Positions 1 through 14,711 of a stretch of 64,000 bases of DNA are shown piece after piece. Numbering within the stretch: the stretch's first letter is position 1; the number at the start of each line of letters is the position of its first letter. The notes beneath the pieces were generated by a model. The model ran no database searches. It was given only the letters and a program-made list of their open reading frames with translations, and was not told the DNA's origin. The translations under genes and the position numbers were made by a program. This stretch comes from Lama guanicoe (lineage: Eukaryota), in assembly GCA_013239625.1 (NCBI GenBank), contig MU053881.1:8517957-8581956 (forward strand), in the 5' to 3' direction.

Positions 1-495
1 CTCCAGGCCTCGTCTGCAGCACCTGACTTCCCACTACCCCGTCACCTTCCCAGACGGGCCCTGCCTCCAGAACCCACATTCCTAACCACTCAGCTGCCCT
101 CGGAGCCTTTGGCCCAGTGGGCAGGGCCCAGGCTGCCCACTGGCCCCTCTCCGGTTGTTGGGACAACCGTCCTGAGGAATTTCGGCCTCCCAGTCTTCCC
201 CTGGGTGAGAAGGGGAGAGAGCTGGCAGGGCTGGCAGCCCCCTGGTGAAAGGGGAGGCCGCGAGCTGGATTCCCTACCCCCAGCGGCCTCCATGCCGGAC
301 AGCACACAAACCAGCTCAGCCCCAGAGGGAGGAATGTGCCAAGACATTCTTCAGGGCTGGTAACCCGAGACGCTATTTTGTTCTTCTTGGTGGCTAAGAA
401 ATCACTTTTTGGACTGAAGGACCATTTGACTGACTTCTTTCAAATACAGGGGAATGGGCTGGTAATGCAGGTAAGGAAAAAGCCGACACAAATGG

Positions 496-516
496 GCATG
501 CGCACGCGCGTGCGCG

Positions 517-557
<41 letters not shown>
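496..557. repeat. (CG)n-(CA)n compound microsatellite, uninterrupted purine-pyrimidine alternation (WWC1 intron 1)
   Basis: gcatgcgcacgcgcgtgcgcgcgcgcgcg(ca)n read directly. Confidence 0.95.
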
Positions 558-559
<2 letters not shown>

Positions 560-1278
560 CCAAGGAGTAGATTTTTTTTTTAAGTGATATTTTGTTTTGC
601 AGCATTAACCAAATGCAAAGATGTAACTACCTTGGCAGAATTTATCTCCCCGCCGCCGGACCACCACCCGGGAAGAAATTTGTTTTTAGCTTTTAAGAAA
701 GCCAAACAGGAGACTATTTTTTTTTTAAAGAAAAAGACTGTTTTTAGCTTTAAAATTTTTTCTCCCCCTTACAGCCCCTTCCCCCCCAATTCTGCCTTGG
801 GGTCTGGAGGAGTAAGGAGAGGCAAGGACTCTGAGAAGTCATATTTGAGACTTAGAGACCACCTCATCAACCGTCTTCTCTCGCCGATGGAACACTTGCA
901 TCTCAGAGAGGTCAAGCGATTTGCCTGGGGCCACAGGGGCAGGACGAGAAGGCAGGAATCCCTTCTCGGGTGTGCAAGAGGGAAATTCCAGAGAGCCGTA
1001 AGTGGATGCCCTCTGCTCAGCTCTTCCCCCAAACTTTCAAAGCCGGCCTACCATAACCGTGAGCTCAGAATCCCTCAGCACCTCAGGCTCAGGGGGAGCC
1101 CCACCTCAGCAGGGTGCAGAGAGGATGACCAGAAGACACAAGGCGCAACATTAAAACCAGTGACCTGCAAGGGGAACAAAAGTTAACAGCTCCACTAAGC
1201 ACCAGTATGTTTTTATTTTTTTTGAAAATGTCAGAAATATTTTGTTTTTAATCTCATTTTGTATATTTATTATTATTT

Positions 1279-1535
1279 TTTATTGAAGTATAGTCAGTTT
1301 ACAATGTTGTGCCAATTTCTGGTGTACAGCACAATGCTTCAGTCATCCATGGATGTATACATAGTCATTTTCATATTCTTCTTCACTGTGAGCTACTACA
1401 AGATATTGAATATGTTACCCTGTGCTATACAGTATAAACTTGTTTATCTGTTTCAGATATACCAGTCAGTATCTGCAAATCTTGAACTCCCAGTTTATCC
1501 CTTCCCACCCCTTTCCCGCCTGGCAGCCACAAATC
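1279..1535 (-). mobile_element. L1 3' UTR end (lineage-specific young L1 type), part of a U6/L1 chimera
   Basis: Minus strand reads ...tgtacaccagaaattggcacaacattgtaaactgactatacttcAATAAA, a typical cetartiodactyl L1 3' terminus; related ends occur at 10.4, 40.9 and 63.6 kb. Confidence 0.85.
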
Positions 1536-1643
1536 AAAACTGATGGAACACTTCACAGATTTGCGTATCATCCTTGCACAGGGGCCATGCTAATCCTCTC
1601 TGTATCGTTCCAGTTTTAGTATATGTGCTGCCAAAGCGAGCAC
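1536..1643 (-). pseudogene. Full-length U6 snRNA retropseudogene fused to an L1 3' end
   Basis: Reverse complement GTGCTCGCTTTGGCAGCACATATACTAAAACTGGAACGATACAGAGAGGATTAGCATGGCCCCTGTGCAAGGATGATACGCAAATCTGTGAAGTGTTCCATCAGTTTT is U6 with roughly ten differences, several at CpGs; the TSD abuts its 5' end. Confidence 0.95.
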
Positions 1644-3599
1644 AAGCACCAGTGTGGTTCTCCTTCCTCTCCATTACTTGCCAGTCAACACGGGCCCCGC
1701 AGGCCTGATGCTGGGGCCGTGGACAGGCCACAGGACTGAGCTCAAATATAATGGCACTGGTTTTTTTTTTTCACCTTCACTGTCTTTTTAAAGGCTCCCT
1801 TCTATTTGCGGCAAGAGAGATTACTAATTTCCCATTTGTGAATGTGGCTAAAAATTTTTCAAACTGGGTAAATTTGAAGTCAGTATTAAGTAAGCAATAG
1901 CACAGGTGGATATAGCAAAGAAAAGTGGTCCACATTATATAATACTTAAATCTAGGAAATGATGCTGTGGCCAAGTCAGTTTTCCACGGAAGCTCTACTG
2001 CATTCCCTCTTCCAAGGGTAAAGAATGACTGTTGTTTGAGAAACTTTCTTCAGCAGTGTTAGCCTCTCAGAGCCCCGTGGGAGTTCCTAGATGTATGACC
2101 TGGGGTGAGTTAGCAGTGCCCTCAGTGTTCAACTGCTAATAGCACGGTGGACCCAGGAGCTGCTGGGACCAAAAATGGGGGAGGACACAGAAGTCTGAAC
2201 TTGTGTCATGTTTAGGAGGCCAAGGGACAATGGGCTGCCCAGTTCAACAACATAGTCAGAGTCCCTGGGGCAACTGATCCTGAGTGGGGTATGGGGAAGG
2301 AAAGTGAGTCAGGACCACAAGTTTGGAGGTTAGGACTTCAGAGCTGGTAAAGAACCTGGCTTAAGGCAGAGTGGTGGAAAGGTCAAAACGCTCAAGCAAG
2401 TCACACCTCCGGGCCTCAAAGTTTGTCTTATGTTTGACAGTAGCAATTGGGCTCTGATCTTCTATGTCCTTTCCAACTTTTAAGAGTTCTACTATTACTC
2501 CCCTTTCAAGCAAACCATTTGTTTGACAAATAGGGAAACTAAGGCTCAGAGGTTCAAGCAGCATGCCCAAGGGCCGCTTTTCAACATTAAAAATTTCTCT
2601 TCCGGATTAGATTAATGAGACATTCAGCATAGCACTGAGCACTGAGTAGACACCCAGGCAATGCTGAATAAATGAACCAAAGTGCTCAGAGAAACCACAG
2701 GGAATCTCAGCTCACATTTTCTTTCTGCTTTTTCTTTTTCTTAACCCTCACCTTACTACACACCCCATCTTGGACTTCTGGGACCTCCACCTCAACCCTG
2801 CAAGAGGAAGGGTCAAAAAAATTCACCTTCAATGCTTTACAGGCACCTGATACCCAAGGTCACAGCCATCAAGTGAAAATTCCATATTCCTGAGACACTT
2901 TGACCACAGAGGTGACAGCAAAGGACAACAAATTGGTCCCAGAGGGTGGTCCTCCCCTCCCCTCAGAATATACATAGGGAGGGGGTGCGTGTGTGCAAAG
3001 AAATACCAAGCAGTCGAAACCAGGAGAAAGTCTGGAGGCCAAGAGCCACACCAGCCATCTCACACCACCCGCTTCAGCAAAGAAAAAAATCCGGTGCTCC
3101 AGCAGGCATGGTGCCCACCAAGGTCAGGACGCGCTGGTGCAGGGCTGAGGAGCTGGGGTCCCCAGAGGAGGGGAGGGAGGAGAAAGAGGAGATGGGCATG
3201 GCTTTTCGGAAGCCTCTCACCTGCCTCTATATCCTAACAGCTTCCAAGTTGCTGTGAGATTCCTGGAGAACCAGCCTCCCAGATCAGCCCTCCCCCGCGC
3301 CCTCTTTTCCTTCCCACTCCCGGCCTCCAGGCCCCCATACTGCTCCTGTGCTCTCTCAGAGCCTCCGAGGCACCTGTCAAAAACACACTTGGGGCTGCCT
3401 TCCCCTGCACGCAGTGTCCTTCCTCCAGCAGTCTGCCACTGAACCCTCCGTGCCTCCTACCCGCTCCAAACCAGATGCTTCCCCATCCTCCCTCCTCCCC
3501 CACCCTGTGCTGGGGAAAGCCTCCCCGGGAAGCCCCAGCATCACTCTGCTAGGTCGCTCCCCTGGCCCCCGCCGGACCTAACTAAAGGGGGTGGGGAGG

Positions 3600-4760
<1,161 letters not shown>

Positions 4761-5859
4761 GCACTAGTGGCCCCAAATCTTACAGCTCTCGCTTCTCTCA
4801 CGTAGAATCAGGAGTCAGGCAAGAAGCGGTTAAATGGAAACATTCTTGCAAATCGGGGAACATAAGTTTTCCAAGATCTCTGATCCCCTCCCCCAACACA
4901 CGCACCATCTGTCTCCTTCTTATTCCATTCTTCTCCCCACGTTGTTCCACCCATCCCCCCACCCCTCGCGTTTCTCAGTGTAGCTGACTCTTCCCTGGGT
5001 CCATCAAATTAGGAGTGCGGTGAATCGCCTCCGCCGGGAGGACTTCAAGGCGGTGTTACAGAAGCACTCTGTAAGAGTAATAGTAATGACATTGTTATTG
5101 TTAGTTACATTGAATACTTAACCTGTCCCAGGCTGTGGGCCAGCAGCTTCACATGCGTTCTCCTCTGTGATACTTTATGGAATGTTATGGATTTGGGGGA
5201 AGGGGGTTATGAAAAAGAAGAAAGCAAGCACAGTAAAATTCCATTTTGAAAAATAATTAGAAGAAATTTAAAAATATTTCTTGAGAAATTAAAAATTCGT
5301 AATTATACTTTTTTTTTTTTTGGTGTTTACAAAAAAGAAGGTAGCATGGTTGAGCTAAGGACCAGCTGGCTGGCTGTGTCTCCTGCATACGTCTTTAACC
5401 GTTTTTTTGCCCTGGATATATGGCAGGAAGCTGGACTGGAGGAATGAAGCCCAGCGCGGTGTATCCTTTTGTCTGAGCCCCACAGCCTCCCAGAGGACCC
5501 ACCATCCTCTGCTGTAGGGGCCGGGGTGCACTGAGCAAAGGGGAGAATCCCAAGTCTGTGGTCTCATCTCTTGATAGGGAAGACCAGCCCCTCGCCTCCA
5601 AATGCCTTCGGCGAAGCCAGTTATTTCCCTGAGGCCAGGCCCATGGGCTCAGGGTTTGGCCTTTCCCTCCCTCCCTCATTCCATAGATGCCATGCACTGA
5701 AGTCTTCAGACTGGCTTCAAAACACTCAGAAATAGGAGTTCCCCCTCCTTTTATGGGGAGATTCCCACAGCCCTCTATGCTTCCTCTACTTGGGCCTCGC
5801 CTTCACTGTACATAAAATTCTCCCATTAGTGATGAGGGCGGTAGCTCAAAATTAAAGCC

Positions 5860-6025
5860 AACATGATGCTAGGTGCTTCACATGCACCAGCTCCTTTAAG
5901 CCTCACAACACCACTCCGGAATAAGGAATACTGCTTCTAATACCCATTTCACTGATGAGAAAACCGAGGCTCCAAGATGCAACATTGTTGGCCAGGGACA
6001 CAGAGCTAATAAGTGAACCTGCTTG
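5860..6025 (-). mobile_element. MIR SINE fragment
   Basis: cccatttcactgatgagaaaaccgaggctc...gccagggacacagagctaataagtg is the reverse MIR core. Confidence 0.7.
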
Positions 6026-8989
6026 TGCTCTCCACCACTAACCTATTCTTTCTTTCCTCCTCCCTCCCTCCCTGTCTCCCTTCCTTCCTTCCTTCCTTTC
6101 CTCTGCAACTCCTGGACCTACCCATGGTCTGGATCTAGAATATTATGGATGCTGGTGAATGCTTATCTCTTTAGATCCTTGCTTTGTAATTATTTGGCCA
6201 AGAAGTGGTCTTTTGGGGTCTCAAACCTTCCCTGTCTTCCAGCTGTGTGACTTTGAGTAACTCGCTTCACCAAAGTCTCAATCTTAGGTCTGAAAAACAT
6301 CATAATAATACAAACTCTAATGCAGTAATAATATAGCAGAGCTTGTTGTGAGGGCTGCAGATGAGGAATGCAGAGGCCTGGGCCCTCCTCAGCAAGCCAT
6401 CGTCTCAGGAGCCTCCTTATGGAAAACTCTGGAGCCCCATGCCTGGCATGCAAGCGTGCCCCTGGGAAACAGGAATTGATGAAGCGTTTTCTGTATCAAA
6501 CACAAGCCCCTGTCCTTTCCCCTCCTGAACGTTGCCCGTGGTTGCTGGTGACAGTCTTCCTCATTGCTGATTTCGTTTTTTGTCTTATTTTGCAACCAAG
6601 CCTTCCCACTGACCGGTGTTCCGTTGTGAAGGGAAAACTCCTTCCCGGTGGCCAAATGCAACTTTCATTTTAGCCCAGGTGCCCAAGCCCTGGCATTTCC
6701 AAATGGCTTGTTCCTTGGGATCTTTAGACCTGCGCTGGTAAGCAGGAAGTGGAGACGAGAGCAGGAACTGACTCCTTAAATCCTCCATCTGTCCTTCTTG
6801 CCTCCTCCCTACAGCAGAAGAATCCTAGGTTATCTCCCAGAAGCTGCAAGCAGGGTGAGGTAATAAAATAGATGACTGCCTGCCCCATGTGATGGTGGGT
6901 GAATCATCCGCAGGCATTCTTCGAGGCTGAGGACAAACGTGAAAGGGATTAAAGGTAAAACCGGCTCAGCCATGTGATGGGGCGGATTGGGCGTAATTCT
7001 ACAGGTGAATGAACTGCAGGAATCTGAACCGAAGGCAAGGAGCTCAGCCTCTCCCGGCCGTCCGCCTGGGGCTGTGCCTGGCTGCCCGCGAGCTGGAGGC
7101 CTGGCCAGTATCGGACCCGAGCGCAAGGGACCAGAGGACAAGCCTTTCTTCATTTACTCTCACATCCAGGGGGCCCATAGGAGACACCTGAGCTTGAGAC
7201 AGGTTGTCTTGTTTTTTTAAAAAGACACCCCCCTGAAATCCTTTCCCCCGCTGCAGCAGCAAAGGCGAACACACACGTGTATCAAAGAATTTCAGAGCAG
7301 CAGGGTAACATATTTCATAAAGACGGTAAGGAGGAGAAATTAAGCTTAAAAACAAAAAAAGAAGAAACAGATATGCCAGCAATAGTTTCCTCTTAATGTC
7401 TACATTCTTCAAGGAAATGGAGGCTGTGGAAACCTCTGCAGAGATTTTTCTTCTGAATCCATGACTGTACCTCCTGACTTCATGCCTTCCCTCCCACGCA
7501 TCATGCATCCCACATCCCGGAGGACGCACAGTTACGTTTCTGTGATGGAGCCAGTAGTGCCTCCCTTTCTTTATTTTGTCATGCATCGTGTGCCATTCAT
7601 AATGGGGCCTATGAACTGTTTTCTTCCAATGATAGGAAACATGTCATAAACCGGGGGGGAAATTAGGATGCAAGAAACCTTTGGCAATATGAGAGCTGAG
7701 ACAGAAGAAGTGGTTTTTTAAAATTTATCTCTGGGTCTTCAGTGCTTAATACAGAGCTTAAAAGTAAATTGAAGGAGTCCAGTCCAGCCAACTCCTTTTA
7801 CAAATAGATGGAGTTTCTGTGAATGGTGACTCATTGCCCGTATTCTCATTAGTCCCATTTTACAGATGCATACACTGAGACTCAGAGGCAAAATGATTTT
7901 CCTATAGTGACTTGCTAAGTCATAAAGTCAAGAGGCCAACTCAGCTCCTTCCAAGTGAGTTTTTGCTGCTTAAGTCATAGCGGTGTGGGATCTAGAATGT
8001 AAATGAAGAAGGAACTTCAGGTTATAAACAATCTGGTTGGAAGCGGGTGGAGGAACAGCCAGGAGACCGTCTCTAACTCCTGCTTTCACTTGGATTGCAC
8101 GTCGTCGATTGGAGTGGTTGGAGGTGGGAGAGGGAGGGCTGAAGCCCTAGCTGAGTTTACAATGAGAGGACAGAGTTGAGGTGGGGGTTCTGAAGACAGA
8201 CCAACCTGGTTCTCAACCTCCACCAATGCTGACAGCCAGACCCACCTGTGGGCTAGCCAACGGGATTTAACAGGCTGAGATGTCTCCCTGCCTCCCCACC
8301 ACACTGCCTTTTTTTCTTGCTGATTCATTCATTAACTGAAGTGGACTTCTTCTGGACGGGAGGTTATCCTGGGGCTGGCAGGAGAGGTTTGCACTCTCCC
8401 ATCCAAGAAACCTCTGGGTACTGGGGGCTGGGAGCTGTTGTGTCTTTCACCAGGGAGGAAATGAATTATGCACTGCAGGAGGAGGTGGAGATGAAATCTT
8501 GGTTTCAAGGGTGGGGGTGTAGAGAAGAAAAAAAAAAAAAGAGTGAGCAGAGGGAGGGAGTTCCTGCAAAGCAGTGCTTTCCCCTACTCGCACCCCAAAA
8601 GCAAAAGAGGAGCCCTGGTGGGACACAGGTGGGGGTGCAAACGAGCGCAGTAACCAGCAGGCAGGCTGAAAGAAGCCTCTCTTGGGTATTTATAGCTTTC
8701 GCATCGCCATGGTACCCAGGCGTTTAAATTAAACTCCAGTCTAACCGCTTAGAGACTGGTGGAATGAAATGCTTTTTACCTGTCCTCTGCCCACGGCTTG
8801 ATGCTTCATTCTCAGAATTTTAGGTGAGCAAACTGAGTGAATTTCATTTTACAAGATACTAGCAAGAAGGGTGTAGGGCTGGGGCTTAAGCCCAGATAAT
8901 ACGCCTTCCCAGGGTGGCTGGACGGAGTCGTGGGAAACACCTGGGCAGAAAAAAACATTCATGAATGAAATTGGGCTCTGCATCATGGC

Positions 8990-9130
8990 TGATCGTGTGA
9001 CTCTGGGCATGAGACGGCACCTCTTTGAGCCTCAGTTTCCTCATCTGTGAAGTGAGAGCATTAATACCTGCCTCACTGTCGACTTGTGACAAGTATGTGA
9101 GATGATGTAGATCAAGTGCCAGCTCAGCCC
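8990..9130 (+). mobile_element. MIR SINE fragment
   Basis: gtgtgactctgggc...gagcctcagtttcctcatctgtgaagtgagagcattaatacctgcctca MIR core. Confidence 0.8.
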
Positions 9131-10404
9131 CTGAAACCCAGAGCTGCTTTTAGAGGTGACCCCTTCCCTTCTCAGCTCATTCATCATTTACTCAACAAGA
9201 CTCTTCTCTGTCAACGGTGTACCAGAGAATAGGTCAAGCCCTTGGGACACAGGGTGGTTTCCCATCTTACAGAGAGTACAGTTTAGTAGGGGAGATGCAC
9301 AATATACGAATCAAGAAGTGAGTAAGTAGTCGCATGTTGGGATCAATAACAAGAAGGAAACAGCTTACGATGACAAAATATCGTAGAGTGGGGATGGGTA
9401 GAAAATCTCTTGACTGTCTTTTTTTCTTTTTCACTCAGTTTGAAGTCTTCCTGGCTCCGGTTCTTCGTGTGATGAATGGTTTTGGGCTGAAATCTGGGCA
9501 TTTTTATATTACGTTCTGAAACTCTGGATCTTATATAGATTGGTTTTAGCTGGTTTGCTCTGATACCATTCCAGCAAAGGGATGGGGGGGCACCTCGTTG
9601 CCACCAGCTGAAGGTGGAAGTCCAAGTACACACTTGGCCTTGTTAACACCTCGGGGGGTGGTCCACACTGCTCACTGGCCTTCTCTGACAGCATCCCAGG
9701 GGACTGCTGGGGCGCCTCATTATAACCTCCTGAGGGTGGCAGTTTAGGGCCCCTCCTCAGCCTTTGCTGGTGTGGGTGAAACTGGAGCCACAGGTTTCCC
9801 CCCTGTGGTATTTAGCTAGAGTAGGGTGGTTATTGTCTAAAATTTTTTGTTGCTAGTCTACCCCTTTCCTGAGTCTTGGCTAGAGAGAGCAGGCTTTTGT
9901 TGAACTTTTTTTTTTTTTTTGATCTGGACCATTGACGTTTCTGCATTTCCACTTGTCCAGCACTAGGTCTGGGACGTGAGGCCAAAAGAAAACGCAGAGA
10001 ACTACGCGCCCCATCATCCGATCCTGGGGTCACTAGCCGTCGGCCTCCCTTTCGGCACTTTCAGAATCTTCTTCTGTTTATTTTATATATCATGTCCGAA
10101 GGTCCTCATTTTACTTAGTGGGAGGAATAGGAAGACGTATGCATACTCCATCTTCCTGGAAGCAGAAGTTCTTGGCTCACTCTGAGTCCGCACAACTCAA
10201 TGTGTCTCAGCTGGAATTCACTTTTGCTGCAGCCAGTGTCTCCTCCTGTCGCTCCTCCACCCTCTGCCTCCCTGCCCCATCTCCACATCCGTTCCTTACA
10301 GGTATCTCACATTGAACTGAGGATTCTGCCTTCCTGGACTCTCCTTGTCTCTTCCTTCCTTTGACCTAAGCCCTAGCCCAGACCCTTTTGTCTCATTCTT
10401 GTCT

Positions 10405-10666
10405 TTGTTTGTTTATTGGAGTAGAGTTGATTCACAATGTTGTGATAGTTTCAGGTGTACAGCATAGTAATTCAGTTAGACATATATATATATATTCTTT
10501 TTCATATTATTTTTCATTATAGATTATTACAATATATTGAATGAAGTTCCCCGTGCTATACGTAGGACCTTGTTGTTTATCTGTTTTATATATAGTAGTT
10601 TGTATCTATTAATCCCAAACTCCTAATTTACCCCTCCCCTCCCCTTTTCCCCTTTGGTAATCGTAG
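10405..10666 (-). mobile_element. 5'-truncated L1 (3' UTR only)
   Basis: tttattggagtagagttgattcacaatgttgtgatagtttcaggtgtacagc...; approximate TSD attcttgtc on both sides. Confidence 0.85.
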
Positions 10667-10999
10667 TGATTCTTGTCATTTTAAAGCTTCACTGAACTTC
10701 TGGCTTGTGTTTTGACCAATCTTCACCCCTCCAGTGTACCTCCTCATCTTTCTAAGGCAAGTGTCTATAGTGCATTCCTCAGGGTCAAATTAAAAACCGG
10801 TCTGAGAGCAAATACATTTGGGAAACGTTGGTTTTAATAAAGAGGTTTCTTTACCATGGGACTTCTCAAAGCCCTCCGTGTACCCACATCCAGCATGAGT
10901 AGCCAAGAAAACAGTATAGAATACAGAATTGCCCAAACTTCTTTGACTAAAGTATCTTTTTTCTTCCTGAGGCATCTCTGGAATACAATGTTGATAAAA

Positions 11000-11188
11000 C
11001 AGGAGTTGGCAAACTTTTTCTGTAAAAAACCAGACAGTAAATATTTTGGGCTTCGCCAGCCACATGGTCAGTCTGTGTCAAAACAACTCACCTAGATGGT
11101 ATGTAAACGAATGGTGTGGCTGCGTGCCAATAAAACTTTATTTCCAAAACAGGCCACTGGCCCTCAGGTTTTAATTTGCCCACCCCTG
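11000..11188 (+). mobile_element. hAT-Charlie MITE, MER58A-like
   Basis: caggagttggcaaactttttctgtaaa...gccaataaaactttattt...tttgcccacccctg with terminal inverted repeats. Confidence 0.8.
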
Positions 11189-14100
11189 TTTTAGAGCATC
11201 ATTTTCATGACAGAGACCTAGGTCCCATCCTCAGTTTCTCAGTTTTCTTTACTCCCTGTGAAAATTCTGTCTACAGGAGCCTTGGGTCCTGTCTCCACAG
11301 TACGGGTCTGTTCCCATCCCTCCATCTCCCCTTGCACCATCTTGGATGCGTCCTGGCATCGCCTGTTCCTTGTACAGCTTCCCCCAAACTGGGCTTCCTC
11401 TGCCCACTTGCCCTGTCATTCCTGATGGTGTGCCAGGGCATCTGGTCATGTTACACCCCTCGATGGTGCTTCACTTTGGTCTTAGGACAAAGTCCAGGCA
11501 CCTTACCCTGTGTTGTAAGGCCCACTTTCGGGGAGCCCTTGTCCCCCGGAACAGTCTCCATTTCCCGCCTCCTGCCCTCACACCACACCATTGAGCTTGT
11601 GTACATGGCTTGCCCAGGGTCAGCTTTCCTCCCCTCTGGACAGTCATGCAGCCTGTTTTCCTGCTTAGGACCCTCCTCCTCTGACTTTAGCTAGCAAATT
11701 CTCCGTCTTCTGCTTGTAGCTCAGATGAGCCCTTCTTCCCCCGCCGTCCAGGTTCAGTCCCTCCACTTCATCCATGAGCAGTCCAGCCTCATCACTTGAT
11801 TTCCCTTTCTTCCTCTCTCTCTGTTGCTATTGGTACCTTTCCCAACTAGACCATAAACCCTCTGAGGGCAGGGCTGTTTTTTAATCTTTCCCACGTCTCC
11901 AGTGCCTGGAACGGGCCCAGCACAGATTGACATGGGTGTGTGTTGGAGAACATGGGCTGATCAGGGCCTAAGGCTCCCTGACAGCACCTTGTAACTGCTT
12001 TTTCTCCTCCTGGAGAGCAGATGGCATTAAACTGTTGGAATAATTAGGAGTCCATATGCCCCTCTAAGAAATAATTTGCCCATCTGTGGTGAGGAATGAG
12101 AATTATGCAGCCTCCAAGGGTCCTTATGGAAGGATGTTTCTTTTTAGTTTGAGTCTGAAGGCTCTTTCTCAAAAGTCTTTATTTGAGAGCTCTTTCTCTT
12201 TACAGAGTTCCATATCTATCAAAACATTAGGAAGAAGCCAAGTGCAATGTGTGATCCATGCGTGTGTCCTAGATTACTTTTTTAAAAAAGAGCAAACTGC
12301 ACAGAACATTCTTGGGACAGTCGGATCAATGGGAATATGGAATGTATTTTAAACAACATTGTCACGTCAATGTTAGCGATCTCAGGGCTGGTATTGTAGT
12401 TACCGCAGGGGAATAATCCTTGTTCTTAGGAGATATAAGCTGAAATATTTAGGAGTGAAGTGTCATGATGTCAACAACTTACTTCAAATGGGTCAGTAAC
12501 CATCTGAGCCTTTCAGAGGGAGGGAAGGATGCAGAGAAGGCAATATGGTTAAAAACCAGTAAATAATAAAAAGGTACTGTATTTTATATTTTATTCGACT
12601 CTCACTTATCACAGCGTCTGGCAAGGAACACACCTCGGTAAACGATGGCTGAACTGCAGCAGCAACACTGCTGAGTTCTCTAACCACGTGCATTGCGTTG
12701 CTCAAGAGAATGTGTTGCCTTCCACCCTATGAACTTGTGATACTGGGCTTTGAGCAGCTGTACAACCAAAAGCCCAGCAAACAGCCATCTCTCTCCCGGT
12801 GAGCTGAGCTCCATATAGACTTCACACAGCTTAACATTTTTTATTGTAACAGTTTTTGTAAAGGAAAATAAAGATGGGAGAGAAACTCGCCCACCACATT
12901 CCAAAGAAGGGAAAGGAAATCTGGGTTTGGATGTGACAGTGGGTCACCACGTCTGGCTTGATCCAGATAAGGAGGGTGGAGACACCGGCTCATCTTCCCG
13001 GACAGCTCCCCGGGCGTCCCTCGAAGGGCTTAGCTGCAGGTGGCACGCGGCTCTCTGGTGCCCACCCCGTGATCCAGCTCAAAGACCGAAATTGCCTGAA
13101 AGGCTGAAGACTCGCACCTGCGTGGAATTCACAGGGATTCGGGGGCCTCTTCTGGCCTCAGTCTCCTGGTGTTTTCATTTCATGATGATCAAACATACGG
13201 TCCAGCCCAGAGGAGGAAGACCTCCCCTTTGGCAGCCCTTCATGCAGTGAGATGGGCCTTCAGAGGTTGGCCAGCCCTCTGACGTGGGCCATGGGCCAGA
13301 GGATGGCATGGGAGAGAGCAGACAGATGATGGGTTTGCCCGACATGCAGCTGCCAAGGAGGCTTTTCTCGTAACCAGGGGCTTCTCTGGGGAATGGCAGT
13401 GAGGAGATGTTAGTAATGATAGTGGCCGTCGATGTAGCACATACCCTGTCCCAGGCACCGAGCTGGCATTTCCCACATCCAGCCTCAAAATGTCAGTAAT
13501 CCTGGGGTTCAGACCTAAGCCTGCCTGACATTAAATTCCAGGCTGCAGAGTGTCCCCTACCCCTGGGAATACAGACAATTCCACCAGCTTGTGAGATCTA
13601 GTGTCTGAGTGCTTGGTAAAGTTCTGGATTCATCTGAATGGTAGATGGAATTACTGTTACTCTGAGGACACAAGGACCAAGAAACTCTCCCCTCCATGGT
13701 TCTCATTCGTAGCTCCAGCACCTCAGAAGAGAAGCTCTCTGCAATCAGCAAGTTGACAAGTAACGTGGTTGCCCCCAGTAGTGGCGAGGTTCTCCAGTGC
13801 ACTGTCACTGAGTGCCTGGATCGAACAGAAAAAATCACTGGGGGAGGTGGGGGCAGATTCAGCCTCCATTTGGACCCACCAGCATGGACACAGTCCACTG
13901 CCTGGAGTCTGTTCAGCAGAGCCCTCCTGATGGCAGGGAGGCCAGGAACTCCCTGGTTCCAGGTGGTGCGGAGGCTCTCCATCTGTGCGGCATCCTCTTG
14001 TGGACAGGGAGCCAGGGCTTGCATCACAAAGGGAGCTCCTGAGCCAGAAAGATGGTGAACGGTGGTAAGTCCAGTGAATCTTTGGGGAGTGAATGAATGG

Positions 14101-14711
14101 AGGGTTTTGCAGAGGTGAGTGACATGGGCCAGAGGCTTGGATTCCCCTGTGACCGGGAGCTGATCCCGGAGTCTGATCCTTCAGCTTCACCCCTCGCACG
14201 AAAGGTGAACTGGGCAGAGTTCTTCCCATCTCCCCTCGAGAACCAGGACCTGGAATGTGGGCTGTATGTTTGGCACAGCGTGCATTTTGTGCCTGCAGGT
14301 GGAGAGGATGTGTTTCTGCACGTCCGGATCTCTGTGTGGTCAACAGAGCAGGTGGCTGTTTGCCACAGAGGTCCTGGCTGTTGCTAACCCCAACAGGCAG
14401 GAGATAGTCTTTTGTCTCCCCTGCCCTCCTGTGCCCATCAACAAGGCTGGCAGTCTGGAAAGCAAACAGCAGCTCACACACACACTTCATCATGCTTCTC
14501 CCCTCCTCCCCCCACCCCCATCACACATTGCCTGAAACTCCCCCCAGCAAAACACACTGTGTGGCACCTCTTCCGCGGAAGCACCCTGCGTTGGCTCTGC
14601 AGGTCCCAGGCATGTCCACGCCCATGCATGTCCCCACATGGTAGAGAACCACTGGGGCTGGGTGTTAGCTCTGCTGGGCTGTGGTCTCTTTACAGGGAGA
14701 CGGGCAGGGGG

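Noticed and set aside
584..1186. 200-aa plus-strand ORF
   Set aside because: Non-ATG start, crosses homopolymer runs and repeat-like sequence, no recognisable domain; lies antisense within WWC1 intron 1.
1536..1643. Functional U6 snRNA gene
   Set aside because: Fused to L1, flanked by a TSD, about ten substitutions, and no upstream TATA/PSE visible.
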